A stretch of DNA of 60,926 nucleotides, counting the filler. It is 4 parts of 4 records of this genome, joined end to end, with 100 filler letters (N's around TTAATTAATTAA, not from the genome) between each part and the next. Parts side by side here need not be neighbours in the genome. Positions count along the whole stretch, not along the records: positions 52,936 to 60,926 come from SRR20825019_786; 3 more parts are not named here. One strand, given 5' to 3'. Made by a program: the position numbers and the translations under genes. Below, one piece after another: positions 58,775-60,926 of the stretch (the stretch's first letter is position 1; each line of letters starts with the position of its first letter). The notes below the pieces were generated by a model. It ran no database searches. It worked only from the letters and a program-made list of their open reading frames with translations, and was not told the origin of the DNA.

Positions 58775-59596
58775 ATACTGTCACATCTTGCAGAATATGA
58801 CAAATTACTATGGTATATATATGACATTAGCATGTTGGCGACGCGGAGGGGAGACTGTCAGTGTCTGCGCAAGGTTTGATAAATCACTGATCACGAGTGG
58901 CGTGCCTCCTTCCACGGAGAGTCGATGGCGGATGGATGTGCGAGGACGGATCGGATCTTGTTTATATCTCGGTTGTCGTGACGAGCCTGTATGGAGCGTG
59001 CCACCGTCCACGTGGTCCGTCATAGGGCACGATGAAGTGGCGCGACTGCCACAGGACCGGGGGCCCGGCCGGCGGGAGAATGAGAGCGCGGCATCTGTGC
59101 TCCTAACTTGGTAGCATTAGTGGATATGTCGTGTACACCTTTGTCTAACAATGTAAATTCATTATGTTGAGATATCTGTTATATTAAGGGGTATTTACCG
59201 AAATTGAGACTTGAATCCACCTGAACAACTGACTGACAACTGGAAATTGAAACTGACCGGAGCGGACCGTCCGCGGGGTGCCGTGCACGCCGGCGCCCCT
59301 CGGCCTCCTGGGCCCGGCCCCCGGCCGCCTGACTCGGAAACCGCCCAGCAGTGCGTTGCTGAGGTCCCGGACGTCCTCACCATGGACAAGTGACGCCACT
59401 CACGGTCACCGCGCCGCACGCCACGTCGGCCAAGGAGGCGGGGTTATCCCGAGGCTGCGGCCATTGTGGCAGTACGGCTCCACGGGTGTGTGGCACGCCT
59501 GCCGTTGTCCGGCTTGAACCAGGGAACCTCTATAAGTGAACCGCTTGCTGGGTGACGGATTAGTCACCTCGACGAGGCCAGCCTTTCACGATGTTG

Positions 59597-60816
59597 ATGG
59601 GCCTTGCACTGAGTGTAAGTCGCGCACAGGATGGTGGCGGGTTCGACTGGTTCTAACTGTTATTTGCAGACAATTGGAGTAAGGGTGTAGCTGTGGCGGG
59701 CGTAGCGACGTCGTGGGTTAACTGTTGCTTGCAGATTGGTTGGATTGCCTTTACCAACAGCAAGAAGAGAGGCAGCAGGAAGAGCGAGGTGGGCTGCAGG
59801 GCTGTGGCTGGTGGTGTGATGTGGTGATTTGTTGGGGGGCGGATGGTCAAGTGTTCAGGAGCCCGGCATGTCGCTTCTAGTTTGTGACAGTGAGGCGTGG
59901 TATCGGTGTATGTGGTGAGGGCCCGGGCTATTGAGGGGTACCTATGTTATCCAGTCACTCCGACATTTGAGAAACGGGCGATTGTGGACTTGTCCGCACG
60001 CCCCCTGGCCCTCACAGTCCCGCCCACGTGCCTCTATATGGATGCACTCGGTGTTACACAAGTCGCCGTCACGCCGGTGGTGCGAACGCTCCTCCCGTTC
60101 TGAGCGGCCTAGGCGGCATGGCACTGGCAACTGGGCAGCGAAGGGGACTAGGGTTGAGGTTAGGTTAGGAGTACCTTGTGAGGTACCTAGTGGGTGGACG
60201 TCATGGCCTTGTAGCACCTTTGGTCGGGTCGTCTCTGGGCGTGAAGTGTTGACAGTGTGCGATCTGATGACTTACCGTTGGGGCAGGTCCGCGTCTTGAT
60301 CCTCGGGCTGGACAACGCCGGAAAGACCACCGTATTGAAGCGCCATGTGCGTGAGGATATTGCGCACATTACGCCAACCCAAGGTTGTACTTTCAGTCGT
60401 GCCGGCGCAACAGGGGTCTGACGGGGGGGTCTTTCGCAGGCTTCAATGTCAAGACGTTCCAGACCGAAGGACTGAAGCTGACGGCGTGGGACCTGGGTGG
60501 CCAGAAGAGCATCCGGCCATTCTGGAAGGGATACTTTGAAGGCTCCGACGCCATTGTGAGTTCGGGGCATCGGAACTACCGGTCGGGCGGAATAGCGGCT
60601 AATTTTACTGTAGATGTATATAATCGACAGTAGCGACAAGAAGCGTTTCGAAGAGGCCGGGAATGAGTTGAACTCGCTCCTGGATGAGGTGGGGTGGGCT
60701 GGGGGTGCTGTAGTTGTGGAGGCTGACAGTGGTGGTCTCAGGACATGCTTGCGTCTGTTCCGCTGTTGATCTTTGCCAACAAGCAGGACCTTATCAATGC
60801 TGCTACCCCGGCCGAG
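59597..60816 (+). CDS. Arf-like small GTPase, ARL3/ARL2 group (multi-exon, 3'-truncated)
   Basis: Exons from 60287: LGLDNAGKTT, ITPTQGFNVK, WDLGGQKSIRPFW, DSSDKKRFEE, FANKQDL; putative first exon MGLALS at 59597 is less certain. Confidence 0.88.
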
Positions 60817-60926
60817 GTGAGTGAAGCAATGATTCCGGGTGATGTCTCTGTTCCTCCGCCCTGTCTCTTTACATGTCTGCTTTTGTGCGTGTTGGGACGG
60901 GGGGGGCGGGGGGGGGGGGGGGGGGG

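Overview
The window is four contigs joined by 100-bp artificial spacers (N44-TTAATTAATTAA-N44 at 15804-15903, 27380-27479 and 52836-52935). Contigs 1 (1-15803), 3 (27480-52835) and 4 (52936-60926) are compact eukaryotic DNA with short (mostly ~40-65 nt) spliceosomal introns, probably from a flagellated protist given the STPG-repeat, MORN and ARL3-like genes. They encode ankyrin proteins, PIG-X, a 3R-MYB, Canopy, a Ser/Thr kinase, a multi-TM RING-CH protein, ADAT1, MLH1, a LIG4-like ligase, LCMT1, taspase-1, a cyclophilin, a class-3 lipase, a Sec14 protein and a kinesin. Contig 2 (15904-27379) is an alphaproteobacterial (Rhodobacteraceae-like) origin-proximal block (mutS, grpE, hrcA, rph, rdgB, hemW, parB, parA, rsmG, mnmG, mnmE, rho, two parS sites), most likely a co-assembled bacterium. 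Two observations stand out: (1) an intronless 938-aa kinesin with an apparent N-terminal signal peptide and two tandem motor domains but no stalk or tail; (2) a near-strict eukaryotic layout of tightly convergent +/- gene pairs separated every ~4-5 kb by extremely GC-rich islands at the divergent 5' ends. Exon boundaries were assigned by eye and are approximate.
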